Shown here: positions 9,437-19,908 of the stretch, one piece after another | How positions within the stretch are numbered: the first letter of the stretch is position 1 | Layout: each line of letters opens with the position of its first letter | Assembly (NCBI GenBank): GCA_043811375.1 | Contig: JBDRNJ010000004.1 | Coordinates: forward strand, 1-64,000 | Reading direction: 5' to 3' | DNA: 64,000 nucleotides | Source of the DNA: a bacterium | GTDB taxonomy: Bacteria > Zixibacteria > MSB-5A5 > GN15 > FEB-12 | Position numbers and translations under genes: made by a program | The notes under the pieces: model-generated | The model's database searches: none | Told to the model about the DNA's origin: nothing | The model's input: only the letters and a program-made list of their open reading frames with translations

Positions 9437-10872
9437 CGATGTCGGACTCAACCGGGCATAATCACGATAAGCTGGCTTCGCTCAATGCGGACTACGCCGT
9501 CCGCTATGGGTTTAAGGACCCGGTGAATTACTTCCACAAAGGCGCCCGGGGAATCAACCACGAAGTAGTCGAGATGATCTCACGGATGAAAAAGGAACCG
9601 TCGTGGATGACCGCCAAGCGCCACGAGGCTCTCGATATTTTCCTGTCAAAGCCGATGCCACAGTGGGGCAACACCGACCTGCTGGGCGAAATCGACTTCG
9701 ATAATATCTACTACTTCATGAAACCGGTGGCCGAGCAAAGCAAGGACTGGGCCGACGTGCCTGATTACATCAAGAAGACATTCGATCGCCTGGGTGTTCC
9801 GGAGGCGGAGCAGAAGTTCCTCGGCGGCCTGTCGGCGCAGTACGAATCGGAAGTGGTCTATCATTCGATGCGGGATGACCTCAAGAAATTAGGCGTGGTC
9901 TTTCTCGATATGGACAGCAGTCTGCGGGAACGCGAGGACATAGTGCGCAAGTACTTCGGCTCCGTCATCCCGGCTACCGACAACAAGTTCGCCGCCCTGA
10001 ACTCAGCCGCCTGGTCGGGAGGGTCGTTCATATACGTACCGCCCGGTCTGGATGTGAAAGTCCCGCTACAGGCTTATTTCCGAATCAACGCCGAAAATAT
10101 GGGCCAGTTCGAACGCACGCTGATTATTGCCGATAAGGGTTCCCGCGTACACTATATCGAGGGTTGCACGGCGCCGGTTTATTCTTCCGACTCGCTGCAT
10201 GCGGCGGTGGTGGAAGTTATCGCCCTGGAAGGTGCCTACATTCGTTACACGACTATTCAAAACTGGTCTCGCAATATTTTCAACCTGGTAACCAAACGCG
10301 CTTCCGTGTACGCAAACGCCACCGTGGAGTGGGTTGACGGCAACCTCGGTTCCCGCCTGACCATGAAGTATCCCTGTATACAGCTTCTGGGAGAAGGCGC
10401 CCGGGGGGAGATACTGTCGGTCGCCTTTGCCGGAATCGACCAGCATCAGGATACCGGCGCCAAGGTCATCCATGCCGCACCGCGAACTTCATCGCGTATC
10501 ACCTCCAAGTCGATTTCAAAGGACAACGGGCGCGCTTCTTATCGGGGGCTGGTGAAAGTGTACAAGAATGCCCGGGATTGTCGGGTATCGGTCGAGTGCG
10601 ACGCCCTGCTCATCGGTGAAAAAGCCCGGTCCGACACTTACCCGACCATGGAAATCGACAATGACGGCGCTCGCGTGGAACACGAAGCGCGGGTCTCGAA
10701 GGTAGCCGAAGAACAACTGTTTTATCTGACCAGCAGGGGACTGAGCGAAGACGAGGCCCGGCTTCTGATCGTCAACGGCTTTATGGAACCGTTCACCAAA
10801 GAGCTGCCGATGGAATACGCGGTGGAGTTGAATCGGTTGATTGAGCTCGAGATGGAAGGATCGGTGGGGTAA
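9433..10872 (+). CDS. sufB: Fe-S cluster assembly protein SufB
   Basis: [34 protein letters not shown] and [11 protein letters not shown] motifs. Start is GTG 9433 or ATG 9439. Confidence 0.97.
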
Positions 10873-10874
10873 TT

Positions 10875-12212
10875 ATGAACCAGCTTTCTACAACCACCGG
10901 CTCAACCGACTCCGCCTGCTATATTGACGAGCATGTTCCCGTGCTGCAGCAAGGTCCGCAGTGGCTGCAAAAGCAACGGCGGATATTTCGAGAGGCATTC
11001 AACAACCTGCCTCTCCCCCGTCGCGGCTTGCACTTCTGGCGCTACAGCGACCCCGGCAAGTTTCTGATAAGCGGTGACATGCTCAGCAAGAAAACGCCAT
11101 CGACCGAACCGGCGGCAATCGAACGGGCTGCTCTGGCCGGTCTGGAGCCGGCCAACCTTTGCGGAGTCGTAACCGACACCGGCGGCCGGGAGATCAAGTT
11201 GCACGGCCTGGCCGAGGAAATGCCACCGGGGATGATTGTCAGTTCCCTGTCCGACGCCGTCGATCGACATAGCGACCTGGTCGAGAGCTATCTGTACCGG
11301 CTTGTAAACGGCCAGACGGCCAAGTTTGAAGCGCTCAATAGTGCTCTCTTTAATGACGGCATTCTGATCTACGTGCCGGACGGCGTCACCGTCGAAAAAC
11401 CGCTGCATTTGCTGCGTCTGGCCGGACAAGCCGGGTCGGTGCATTTTCCACGCCTGCTGGTAGTGGTCGGGCGCAATGCCGAACTTACACTGGTTGATGA
11501 ATATGACGGTGGTTCGCCCGATATCACCGACGGCATCAGTCATGTTAACTCTGCCGTGGAGATATTCGGTCTTGAGCAAAGCCGCATTCGCTATGTTTCG
11601 CTGCAACGCCATCTGTCGGGCAATGTGACCTATATGACCTGTCGGGCACGAGTCGAGCGCGGCGCAGACATACTTACGGTCCCGCTAGTATTCGGATCCT
11701 CGCTGGCCAAGCAGAATTTTGACGTTATTCTCGATGGCGAAACGGCTCAGAGCGATATCTTCGGGTTGTTGTTCGGAAGCGGACATCAGCATCTGGACAA
11801 CCATACCCGACAACATCATGCTGCCGCCCGAACGAACTCTCACATTGATTTCAAAGTGGTTCTCAGGGACCGGGCGGTGTCGGCCTACACCGGGCTGATT
11901 CGAATCGACCAGACCTCGCCGAGTTGTGAAGCCTACCAGGAAAACCGCAACCTGATGCTCAACGACGGCACTCGCGTCGAGACCATTCCGGAACTGGAGA
12001 TTCTCAATGAGGACGTCCAGTGCTCCCACGGCGCCACCACCGGCTCCATCGACGAGATGATGAGGTTCTATCTGAACTCGCGCGGTATCCCTCCGACAGA
12101 GGCGATGCGGATGATTGTTTCCGGTTTTGTTGAAACCACCCTCCAACGGATCCCGGAGGATCTACAGGCACGAATTCGCGGCTACGTTGCCGAGCGTCTG
12201 GAGAATCTATAG
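10875..12212 (+). CDS. sufD: Fe-S cluster assembly protein SufD
   Basis: PELEILNEDVQCSHGATTG and FYLNSRGI motifs; follows sufB. Confidence 0.93.
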   Translation: MNQLSTTTGSTDSACYIDEHVPVLQQGPQWLQKQRRIFREAFNNLPLPRRGLHFWRYSDPGKFLISGDMLSKKTPSTEPAAIERAALAGLEPANLCGVVTDTGGREIKLHGLAEEMPPGMIVSSLSDAVDRHSDLVESYLYRLVNGQTAKFEALNSALFNDGILIYVPDGVTVEKPLHLLRLAGQAGSVHFPRLLVVVGRNAELTLVDEYDGGSPDITDGISHVNSAVEIFGLEQSRIRYVSLQRHLSGNVTYMTCRARVERGADILTVPLVFGSSLAKQNFDVILDGETAQSDIFGLLFGSGHQHLDNHTRQHHAAARTNSHIDFKVVLRDRAVSAYTGLIRIDQTSPSCEAYQENRNLMLNDGTRVETIPELEILNEDVQCSHGATTGSIDEMMRFYLNSRGIPPTEAMRMIVSGFVETTLQRIPEDLQARIRGYVAERLENL

Positions 12213-12214
12213 TT

Positions 12215-12526
12215 ATGGCTGAGTATACTAAAGTTGCTAAAACCACAGAAATCCCCCGTGGGAGTGTCAAAGCTTTTGAGGTCGGCCACCATCGGTTGGT
12301 CATCGCTCATACCGACGACGGCTTCTATGCCATGGCCGATGAATGTTCACACGATTGGGCTCCGATCGGTGACGGCACCCTGCACGGTGACGAGATCATC
12401 TGCCCCCGACACGGAGCCCGCTTCAGCGTCATAGATGGAAGTGTGAAAGCGCCACCGGCCGTGGCGCCGCTGCAAACGTATCAGCTTCGGCTGGAGGGTA
12501 CCGACATCCTGGTAATGCTCGACTGA
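12215..12526 (+). CDS. Rieske-type 2Fe-2S ferredoxin
   Basis: CSH...CPRHGARF Rieske ligands. Confidence 0.92.
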   Translation: MAEYTKVAKTTEIPRGSVKAFEVGHHRLVIAHTDDGFYAMADECSHDWAPIGDGTLHGDEIICPRHGARFSVIDGSVKAPPAVAPLQTYQLRLEGTDILVMLD

Positions 12527-12544
12527 ACTTGAAGGAATATATTG

Positions 12545-13837
12545 ATGAAACGAATCCAGACGCCACCGGCGACCGCCCACGATCAGATTGCGGCGGACAT
12601 AACCGACTGCCAGCTCGACCACGAGAACATCAAGGCTGATTTTCCCATTCTCAATCAAATGGTAAACGATCACCCGCTGGTTTATCTCGACAACGCGGCG
12701 ACAACGCAGAAACCGCGTGCGGTTATCAACGCTTTGATCGAGTATTACCGTAAAACCAACGCCAACATCCACCGCGGCCTGCACACCCTGGCGGAACGGG
12801 CTACCGATGCCTATGAGCAGACGCGTCGCCACGTAGCGCAATTTATCGGCGGTGTCGATCCCCGCGAGATAATCTTCACCCGTGGTACCACCGAAGCAAT
12901 GAATCTCCTTGCCTACAGTTGGGGCGAAGCCAATATCAAAGCAGGCGACGAAATTGTCATCACCGAGATGGAACATCACGCCAACCTGGTGCCCTGGGTC
13001 ATCCTGGCCCAAAAGAAGCAGGCGGTTCTCAAGCGCATACCGATCACACTGTGCGGGCACCTGGACCTTAGTGAAATCGACAGCATCATCACTCCCCGGA
13101 CCAAGCTGTTGAGCTTGACCCATATGTCCAACGTGCTGGGAACGATCAACCCGGTCACCGAATTGGCCGAACTGGCCCGGAAACAGGGTGCCGTAGTGAT
13201 CGCCGACGGCGCTCAGGCAGTGCCGCACCTGCCGATTGATCTGACAACTCTGGGGGTCGACTTCTATGCCTTTTCTTCGCACAAGATGCTGGGGCCGACT
13301 GGTGTCGGCGTTCTCTGGGGTCGACGGGAACTGCTTGAAGCCATGCCGCCGTTTAACATGGGTGGCGAGATGATCCGCGAGGTTCGTTTTGACCGTGTTA
13401 CCTGGGCTGATTTGCCGTACAAGTTTGAGGCCGGCACGCCCAATATCGCCGACGTGGTCGCATTTGATGCCGCCCTGACCTACCTGGAGACTCTCGGTAT
13501 GAACAACGTGCGTCAGCACGAGATAAACCTCATGCGTTACGCCATCGAACGGATCTCGGAACTGCCGGGAATCAAAATCCAGGGTCCGCAGGAGTCTACC
13601 CAGCGCAGCGGAGTGATATCGTTTACCGACAGTGAGATTCATCCTCACGACATCGGCACTTTTCTCGACAGCCGGGGAATCGCCATCAGAGCCGGACACC
13701 ACTGTGCCCAGCCGTTGATGCGCATCCTGGGAACGGTCGCCACCGCCCGAGCGTCACTATACATTTATAACGACCAGAGTGATATCGATGCCCTGGTCGC
13801 AGCTCTCAAAGAAATGAGGAGATATTTCGGAGTATGA
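12545..13837 (+). CDS. sufS: Cysteine desulfurase SufS
   Basis: YLDNAATTQKP, SSHKMLGPTG (PLP lysine) and RAGHHCAQP (catalytic Cys). Confidence 0.97.
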   Translation: MKRIQTPPATAHDQIAADITDCQLDHENIKADFPILNQMVNDHPLVYLDNAATTQKPRAVINALIEYYRKTNANIHRGLHTLAERATDAYEQTRRHVAQFIGGVDPREIIFTRGTTEAMNLLAYSWGEANIKAGDEIVITEMEHHANLVPWVILAQKKQAVLKRIPITLCGHLDLSEIDSIITPRTKLLSLTHMSNVLGTINPVTELAELARKQGAVVIADGAQAVPHLPIDLTTLGVDFYAFSSHKMLGPTGVGVLWGRRELLEAMPPFNMGGEMIREVRFDRVTWADLPYKFEAGTPNIADVVAFDAALTYLETLGMNNVRQHEINLMRYAIERISELPGIKIQGPQESTQRSGVISFTDSEIHPHDIGTFLDSRGIAIRAGHHCAQPLMRILGTVATARASLYIYNDQSDIDALVAALKEMRRYFGV

Positions 13838-14313
13838 ACGAATCACTTGATGACATGTACCGAGACATAATCCTGGATCACTACCGGTCGCCACGGGGAA
13901 GGAAACCGCTGCCCCGGGTTGATATCACCTCCGACGGCACCAATCCCTCCTGTGGAGACGAGATAACTCTCGAGGTGCAGCTTGACAACGGCACCGTCAA
14001 GGACGTTCACGTTGACTGCCGGGGCTGCGCCATCTCGGTTGCATCCGGCTCCATGCTGGCCGAGATCGTCAAAGGCAGATCGATTGCCGACGCCAAACGG
14101 ATCGCCGAAATCGTCCGCAGGATGCTCAAAGGTGAAGAGGTCGAGGTTCCCGACGACCTGGAAGACCTGGACGCCCTGCAGGGGGTGCGCAATTTCCCGG
14201 TACGCATCAAGTGCGCCCTGCTGGCCTGGGTGACCTTCATGCAGGGAATAAAAGACCACGAGAATGGTCGGCGCGACGGGCGTACCCACGTGTCGACCGA
14301 AGATGACGAATAA
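13834..14313 (+). CDS. sufU: SufU sulfur-transfer protein
   Basis: NPSCGD, GCAISVAS and RIKCALL motifs, with the SufU-type insertion. Confidence 0.95.
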   Translation: MNESLDDMYRDIILDHYRSPRGRKPLPRVDITSDGTNPSCGDEITLEVQLDNGTVKDVHVDCRGCAISVASGSMLAEIVKGRSIADAKRIAEIVRRMLKGEEVEVPDDLEDLDALQGVRNFPVRIKCALLAWVTFMQGIKDHENGRRDGRTHVSTEDDE

Positions 14314-14339
14314 TACATTCGATTTACAAGCTGAAACCA

Positions 14340-14651
14340 ATGGCAACGCCAACTAAAGAAGACGTAAACATCGCCCTGAAATCGGTGCTGGACCCGGAGA
14401 TGGGTCTGAGTATCGTTGACCTGGGGCTGGTCTATGATATCGACATAACTCCTGAGAACGACGTTCAGATCAAAATGACCCTGACCACTCCAGCCTGTCC
14501 CTATGGCGAAATGCTCGTTACGCAGGCCCAGCGCGCTGTCGCGGAAATAGACGGCGTGCACCAGGCTCGTATTCTCCTGGTCTGGGACCCGCCCTGGGAC
14601 CCGAAGGAGATGTGCTCCGACGCCGCCAAGGACGTTCTCGGCATCTGGTAG
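14340..14651 (+). CDS. sufT: DUF59/SufT Fe-S maturation factor
   Basis: DPEMGLSIVDLGLVY, TLTTPACP and WDPPW motifs. Confidence 0.9.
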   Translation: MATPTKEDVNIALKSVLDPEMGLSIVDLGLVYDIDITPENDVQIKMTLTTPACPYGEMLVTQAQRAVAEIDGVHQARILLVWDPPWDPKEMCSDAAKDVLGIW

Positions 14652-14739
14652 ACAACCGAGCGACACCGGTACCCGTTCGGCCGCGGCGCCGACTCGCGTC
14701 TCCCGCCTTAGGATCACACCGCATCACATGGCTACGATG

Positions 14740-14769
14740 TTGACAGCAGCCTTCAAACGAGTCTATATT
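14740..14769 (+). promoter_or_regulatory. sigma70-type promoter
   Basis: TTGACA-N18-TATATT upstream of the EIIA gene. Confidence 0.6.
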
Positions 14770-14808
14770 CCTGTAAAGTTGTGAAGTGATGTCGACGATA
14801 ACGGTGAT

Positions 14809-15309
14809 ATGAATATCTCGCGCTACATGAACGAGCAAATGGTCAAACTTCAATTGGAGACAACCATCGACCCGCCCGAAGAAGGTGTCTCGGTTGAGAA
14901 GTGGCGTCAGCAGGCCAAAGCGCGAATACTGTTTGAACTGGTTGATCTGCTGGACGAGAACGCTCGTGTCGGCAACCGCAATAAACTGCTGTTGGATTTT
15001 GTCAACCGTGAAAAGAAAGCCAGCACCGCCATCGGCAACGGCATAGCCCTCCCGCATATCCGGTCTAAACATGCTTCAGAGTTTATGATCGGTTTCGGTC
15101 GGTCCAGCCAGGGTTACGATTTTGATTCACCCGACGGAGAACCCACTCATCTTTTCTTTATCATGGCCGCGCCTCCCTACGATGACAACCTGTATCTGAA
15201 AGTGTTTAAGACGATGGCGGAGATGCTGCGTTATGATACGTTTCGCCGGGAACTGATGGAGGCGTCCTCTCCCGGTGAACTGATCCGCACTATCCGCGCC
15301 ATGGAATGA
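14809..15309 (+). CDS. PTS EIIA domain protein (fructose/mannitol/Ntr type)
   Basis: REKKASTAIGNGIALPH (phosphorylated His) and FDSPDGEPTHLFF. Confidence 0.88.
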   Translation: MNISRYMNEQMVKLQLETTIDPPEEGVSVEKWRQQAKARILFELVDLLDENARVGNRNKLLLDFVNREKKASTAIGNGIALPHIRSKHASEFMIGFGRSSQGYDFDSPDGEPTHLFFIMAAPPYDDNLYLKVFKTMAEMLRYDTFRRELMEASSPGELIRTIRAME

Positions 15310-15364
15310 CCGACAGCCGAACAGCACCGGTTTCAGTAAAACACCCCTGAATGTGCAGTGAAGG

Positions 15365-16282
15365 TTAGTCAGTTGACGGCACCGAGGTGCGTTGCCGTCG
15401 CTCGCGAAACAACTGTCCGATCTCGGCACCGATGATGAAAATGACCGCCGAGTAGTATGTCCAGAACACAACCACCACCAGCAACACGTAGGTGCCGTAG
15501 ATGCGTTTCAGGGAGGCAAAGTTGAATATGTAGTAGCCAAATGCCTGCCGGGCCAGTTCCCAGAGTATGGTGGCCCAGAGCGCGCTGACCAGACTGACTC
15601 TTTTTTCGAGCCTGGCGTAGGGTACCAGATGGTAAAGAGTAAAGAAAAACACCAGGGTTAACAGCAACGACACGGCCCGATACAAGATGTTCTCAACCAT
15701 ATCCATTCTGAGAAATCCCAGCAGTCTGATCTGATGGGCGACATCCTTGAGAATCTCCACCACCGGCAGTGACATGGTCGACACCACAAAAGAGATCAAC
15801 ACCAGCAATATCATGCCCAGGTCGCGAGCTTTGGCGACCACGGCCGGTTTGTCGGCGGCGCCGCGGTAGATACGGTTGAGGATTGTCCGCATGGAACTGA
15901 AAAGTCCACTGGCGGCAAACAACAACCCGATCACTCCCAACATAACGGCCGGCCCCTTGTAACCCTGCAACTCGATCAGGAAAGTTTCCAGACGCGACAG
16001 GATAATTTCTCTGGCGAACGCGGCGTACTGTTCGTACGGCACGAAACGATCGATGTAAGAGCTGACCTCCCGTTCCAGCGATTCCAGTGGAAAGGCCTGC
16101 AGGAAATGCACCAGCACGGCAAAGACGATGAGCACAAATGGAATGGTGCATACCAGAAACGAGAAGGCCAGACCGGCCGCCGACAGAAAGACGTGATCCT
16201 CATCGGCGCGCCGCCACAGCCCACCCAGGTAGTAACGGCCGAAGTTTCGAACCGCCGATAACGACTTTCTAAAACTAATCAT
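15365..16282 (-). CDS. YihY/virulence factor BrkB family membrane protein
   Basis: AAGLAFSFL, multiple TM helices, IYGTY...WTYYSAVIFIIGAEI. Confidence 0.9.
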   Translation of the reverse strand: MISFRKSLSAVRNFGRYYLGGLWRRADEDHVFLSAAGLAFSFLVCTIPFVLIVFAVLVHFLQAFPLESLEREVSSYIDRFVPYEQYAAFAREIILSRLETFLIELQGYKGPAVMLGVIGLLFAASGLFSSMRTILNRIYRGAADKPAVVAKARDLGMILLVLISFVVSTMSLPVVEILKDVAHQIRLLGFLRMDMVENILYRAVSLLLTLVFFFTLYHLVPYARLEKRVSLVSALWATILWELARQAFGYYIFNFASLKRIYGTYVLLVVVVFWTYYSAVIFIIGAEIGQLFRERRQRTSVPSTD

Positions 16283-16387
16283 TACTTATAGTCAAGCGGG
16301 ATGGCGATTGCCCGCTAATGACTTCACTATCCAACCCGGTTAAGACCGACCGGTGCCGACACGCCGCCGGGGATCACCCCGTTGGCA

Positions 16388-18607
16388 TCATTTCTTCTTG
16401 ACCTTGTCCTTTGACAAAACACTGTGAAATTCGTTGAAGACAAAGTCCTGCGGCCGGTCGGTAAACGGCCCCAGCTTGAATTCCGTTTTGGGGCTGCTTA
16501 TCGTTTCCCTGAAATAAGTATTGTGACCGCCGCCGTCAGTCACCCCCATAACTACCGGCATAGTGAAATCGGGATCGACACCTTCGATGGTCACTTTGAC
16601 GTCGATATAGTAATCTTTGTCGGTCTGGTCGATCTTGTACTCCGCCTGGAAGTGGGGGAAGTTTCGTCCGTACAGCCATTGCTTAGAGAACCAGTCGAGC
16701 GGTTGCCCGTAGTGTTTTTCAGCCAGAGTGATAAAATCGTGATTGGTATACTCACCCGACAGACCGGCCAGGGCGAACTCCTGCACGAACCGCAGGAAAT
16801 TCTGTTCACTGCCGGTGTTCAGGTCATACATCAGGAAGCGCAGCATGTGCATCAACCAGACACCTTTGTTGGCGCGTATACCGGCGTCGGTACGTCGACC
16901 GGCCGCCAGCGGCATGTCTCTTTTTCGTTCCACGTCGGTGAAGATGGAATCGCGGCGGCTGCGCAGGTTGGTTTGATAGGTGACACCCTGTTTGTTGTGC
17001 AGAAACATCAGGCCCAGATAGCGCGGCAGAGCATCGGCAATCCAGGCTTCTCGGTCGGAAGCCGGGCGCAGCAGCGTCCCGAACCACTGGCGGGCGACAG
17101 CCTCACCGGCCAGCACATCAAACCCGCCGACCACCTCCATCGGCGTCTCGGTGGCACAGGCCATCTGAGACGTCATGATCAGACCCGGCATGCTGGCCGC
17201 ACGTTCCGGAACTACGTATTCGACAAATGTACCCGGCGGCGACCCCAGGTAAGTGGTCAAATAATTGAAGGCGTCCTTTATAGAACCCTGAAACATCTCA
17301 TCAGACACAAAACATGTCAACAACCGCTTGGAGAGGTTGCGCAGTTTGAGAACGTTGAGCACGATGCCGACATCGGACGCAACCGCGATAGTGTCGATGT
17401 CGGACGTGTAAACATGAAAATAGAAATCGTTGTACGGATTTGATGACGTTACCGTAAACCGGTCCCGTTTGCCGTCCAGTTGCTCCACGGCGCTCATTCC
17501 CGAAACATAGTAGTTATAATTGTGAGGTACGGTAAACGTGAATTCATGGGGACAAGCGGCGGGGTCTTCAACGTAGGGCAGGCAGCGGTCGTATTTTTTG
17601 CCCTTATACCAGAACGTGAACACCAGCGTATCGCCCCGGTGGTGGTACTGCGGCAGGATAATGCCTATGAAGTCGAAGTCCTTGCGGCGATGATATTCCA
17701 CCGGTTGTCCGTTGAAGTGGATGGAATCCTCTTTGAGTTGCGCCGGCAGAAACAACGAAACGAACTTCAGGCTGTCGGCGTTCAGGATGACATCAATGGT
17801 TATCTCGGCGTGATCCAGAGCGAATCCGTCAATACCGCCCATTTCCAGCTGACCGCTCTTGCTGACGATCGTCGTGGGATATTCAATGACCGACATCCGG
17901 TCATCGTCATTGATGCCAATTTCCTGGCCCTGAAAGGAGGCGCCCGGCGCCGCTATCAGATCGCTCACGCCCAGTTCGTAGTCTATAGCCACCTGTTCCG
18001 GGCGGTTGGGATCGAAGGAGAACACGTAGCGGTTGAAATCGATCCAGAAATACCCGTCGTCGGTTCTTTCATACAACGATCGCAGCAACTGGAAATAGTT
18101 GTCGTAGGTGTGCAGTATAATCGGCCGAAAAAATTGTTCACCCTGGGCTTGTTTGGCGATAGTGAAGGTTTTCCACTTGAGTTCCTTTTGCTCAAAGGCG
18201 AACTTCTCCTTCAGCAGCAGGTCAAAGTCGTCAGCCATACGGATAAAGGCAACTTCGAAGTCCTCATCTACAATACTGTCGTTCGCCACCCCGGCCAGAG
18301 CCTGCCGCTCGAGATGCGAGGAGATGCTGATAGTGGCGTTGCCCTTGCCGGTGAATATAGCTGTTGTCGGCCGACCGTCGACATATCGCAACAGGTGTAT
18401 GTAGCCTTCGTGAAACGTGAAGGTAGCCAGGTCTTTTCGGTAAACAAAGTCCTTGATTTCAGCCCGTTCGCCCATGTTGTTGAGCAAGTCCATGTCCAGT
18501 GCGGCATAGTCGAATTTGAACTGCTTGAAAAAATCCGATTCGCCGTGAGCCATCACGACCGGCAGGACTACCAGAACTGCCGCCAATAAAAACCATCTTG
18601 CTTTCAT
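16388..18607 (-). CDS. Secreted M1-aminopeptidase-like protein with degenerate Zn site
   Basis: Signal peptide MKARWFLLAAVL. M1-like segments GEAVARQWFG, AWIADALPRY, NKGVWLMHMLR and LDWFSKQWLYG. Confidence 0.7.
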   Translation of the reverse strand: MKARWFLLAAVLVVLPVVMAHGESDFFKQFKFDYAALDMDLLNNMGERAEIKDFVYRKDLATFTFHEGYIHLLRYVDGRPTTAIFTGKGNATISISSHLERQALAGVANDSIVDEDFEVAFIRMADDFDLLLKEKFAFEQKELKWKTFTIAKQAQGEQFFRPIILHTYDNYFQLLRSLYERTDDGYFWIDFNRYVFSFDPNRPEQVAIDYELGVSDLIAAPGASFQGQEIGINDDDRMSVIEYPTTIVSKSGQLEMGGIDGFALDHAEITIDVILNADSLKFVSLFLPAQLKEDSIHFNGQPVEYHRRKDFDFIGIILPQYHHRGDTLVFTFWYKGKKYDRCLPYVEDPAACPHEFTFTVPHNYNYYVSGMSAVEQLDGKRDRFTVTSSNPYNDFYFHVYTSDIDTIAVASDVGIVLNVLKLRNLSKRLLTCFVSDEMFQGSIKDAFNYLTTYLGSPPGTFVEYVVPERAASMPGLIMTSQMACATETPMEVVGGFDVLAGEAVARQWFGTLLRPASDREAWIADALPRYLGLMFLHNKQGVTYQTNLRSRRDSIFTDVERKRDMPLAAGRRTDAGIRANKGVWLMHMLRFLMYDLNTGSEQNFLRFVQEFALAGLSGEYTNHDFITLAEKHYGQPLDWFSKQWLYGRNFPHFQAEYKIDQTDKDYYIDVKVTIEGVDPDFTMPVVMGVTDGGGHNTYFRETISSPKTEFKLGPFTDRPQDFVFNEFHSVLSKDKVKKK

Positions 18608-18799
18608 ATCTTCATCCACGTTTGAAGTTTAATGCTACTGAATGATAACGTAAGAAACTCTCCTTTGTTGAATCTCCCCGTCATTAGTTTCTCCAGAGTC
18701 ATCAGCTTTCGGAGGCAAACTACACCAATAATCAATCAAAATCAATCTCGACCTGAACAGAAAATCCGTTCACTGCCGCTGCCGGGCAAGGCTTTTTGG

Positions 18800-18828
18800 T
18801 TGGTATTGAAGGAACCTGAGCGTATATT
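18800..18828 (+). promoter_or_regulatory. Putative promoter of the dtd-maf-rodZ-smc-ftsY operon
   Basis: TTGGTA-N17-TATATT. Confidence 0.5.
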
Positions 18829-18853
18829 CATAAGTTGATAAAAAGATAACAAC

Positions 18854-19297
18854 ATGCGCGTACTGGTACAGAGAACAACGGGTGCGGAAGTCTTTATAGA
18901 TGGCGCCTTACACAGCCGAACCGGGGCCGGACTGTTGCTTTTGGTGGGCACCAGGATCGGCGACAGCCGGGAATCATGTGCATTCCTGGCCGACAAGGTC
19001 GTCAATCTGCGGATATTCGAAGATGGCCAGGGCAAAATGAACCGGTCGGTGCTTGAAATCGGTGGAGAAATCATGATAGTTTCGCAGTTTACGCTGTACG
19101 CCGACACTCGCAAAGGCCGACGACCGTCGTTCACGGACGCGATGAAACCCCTCGAAGCGCAACAATTCTATGACCGCTTTGTCGAACTGGTGCAAGCGTC
19201 CGGCCTGAATGTTGCGACCGGCGTATTCGGCGCTGAAATGGACCTCAAATTTGTCAATCATGGCCCGGTTACTGTCCTCCTCGAACATGAAGTGTGA
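18854..19297 (+). CDS. dtd: D-aminoacyl-tRNA deacylase
   Basis: MRVLVQR, VSQFTLYAD, KGRRPSF and NHGPVT motifs. Confidence 0.97.
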   Translation: MRVLVQRTTGAEVFIDGALHSRTGAGLLLLVGTRIGDSRESCAFLADKVVNLRIFEDGQGKMNRSVLEIGGEIMIVSQFTLYADTRKGRRPSFTDAMKPLEAQQFYDRFVELVQASGLNVATGVFGAEMDLKFVNHGPVTVLLEHEV

Positions 19298-19898
19298 ACA
19301 TCTGCGCAAGCTGGCTCGGCGGCGGCGAGTGGTTCTGGGATCACGTTCTCCCCGGCGAGTGACCATCCTGAAAGAGCTTGGTATTCCCTTTACTCAGATG
19401 ATTTCAAAACTGGATGAGAGTCTCCGGGACAGTGAGTTGCCTTATCAGTTTGCCTGCCGACTGGCCCGCGAAAAAGCATTGTCTCTGTCCCGGCAGGCAA
19501 CCGACTGCCTGGTCCTGGGTTGTGACACCGTCGTTGTTTACGAGAACAGGATCTGGCCGAAGCCGATTGATCCTGACGATGCTTTTGAGATTCTCTCTTT
19601 CCTCTCCGGCCGAACGCACGTGGTCTGCACGGCGCTGGCGCTGGCCGAGGATCAACAGGTGCTGGCCGACGGCTACGAGCTGACGGAGGTAACCTTTAAC
19701 CGGGTTACACCGGAACAGATACGAACTTATATTGACACCGGCGAGCCGATGGACAAGGCCGGCGCCTATGGCATCCAGGGAATGGGAGTGTTTTTGGTTG
19801 ACAGTATCCGGGGGAACCTGGATAATGTCATAGGTTTGCCGGTGACACTCCTGGACCGACTGGCCCGGCAGGCAATTGTCGAGTTGGAAAAACAATGA
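19287..19898 (+). CDS. maf: Maf-family nucleoside triphosphate pyrophosphatase
   Basis: LGSRSPRR, GCDTVV, GEPMDKAGAYGIQG and NVIGLP motifs. Confidence 0.93.
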   Translation: MKCEHLRKLARRRRVVLGSRSPRRVTILKELGIPFTQMISKLDESLRDSELPYQFACRLAREKALSLSRQATDCLVLGCDTVVVYENRIWPKPIDPDDAFEILSFLSGRTHVVCTALALAEDQQVLADGYELTEVTFNRVTPEQIRTYIDTGEPMDKAGAYGIQGMGVFLVDSIRGNLDNVIGLPVTLLDRLARQAIVELEKQ

Positions 19899-19908
19899 AG
19901 GTAAGACA

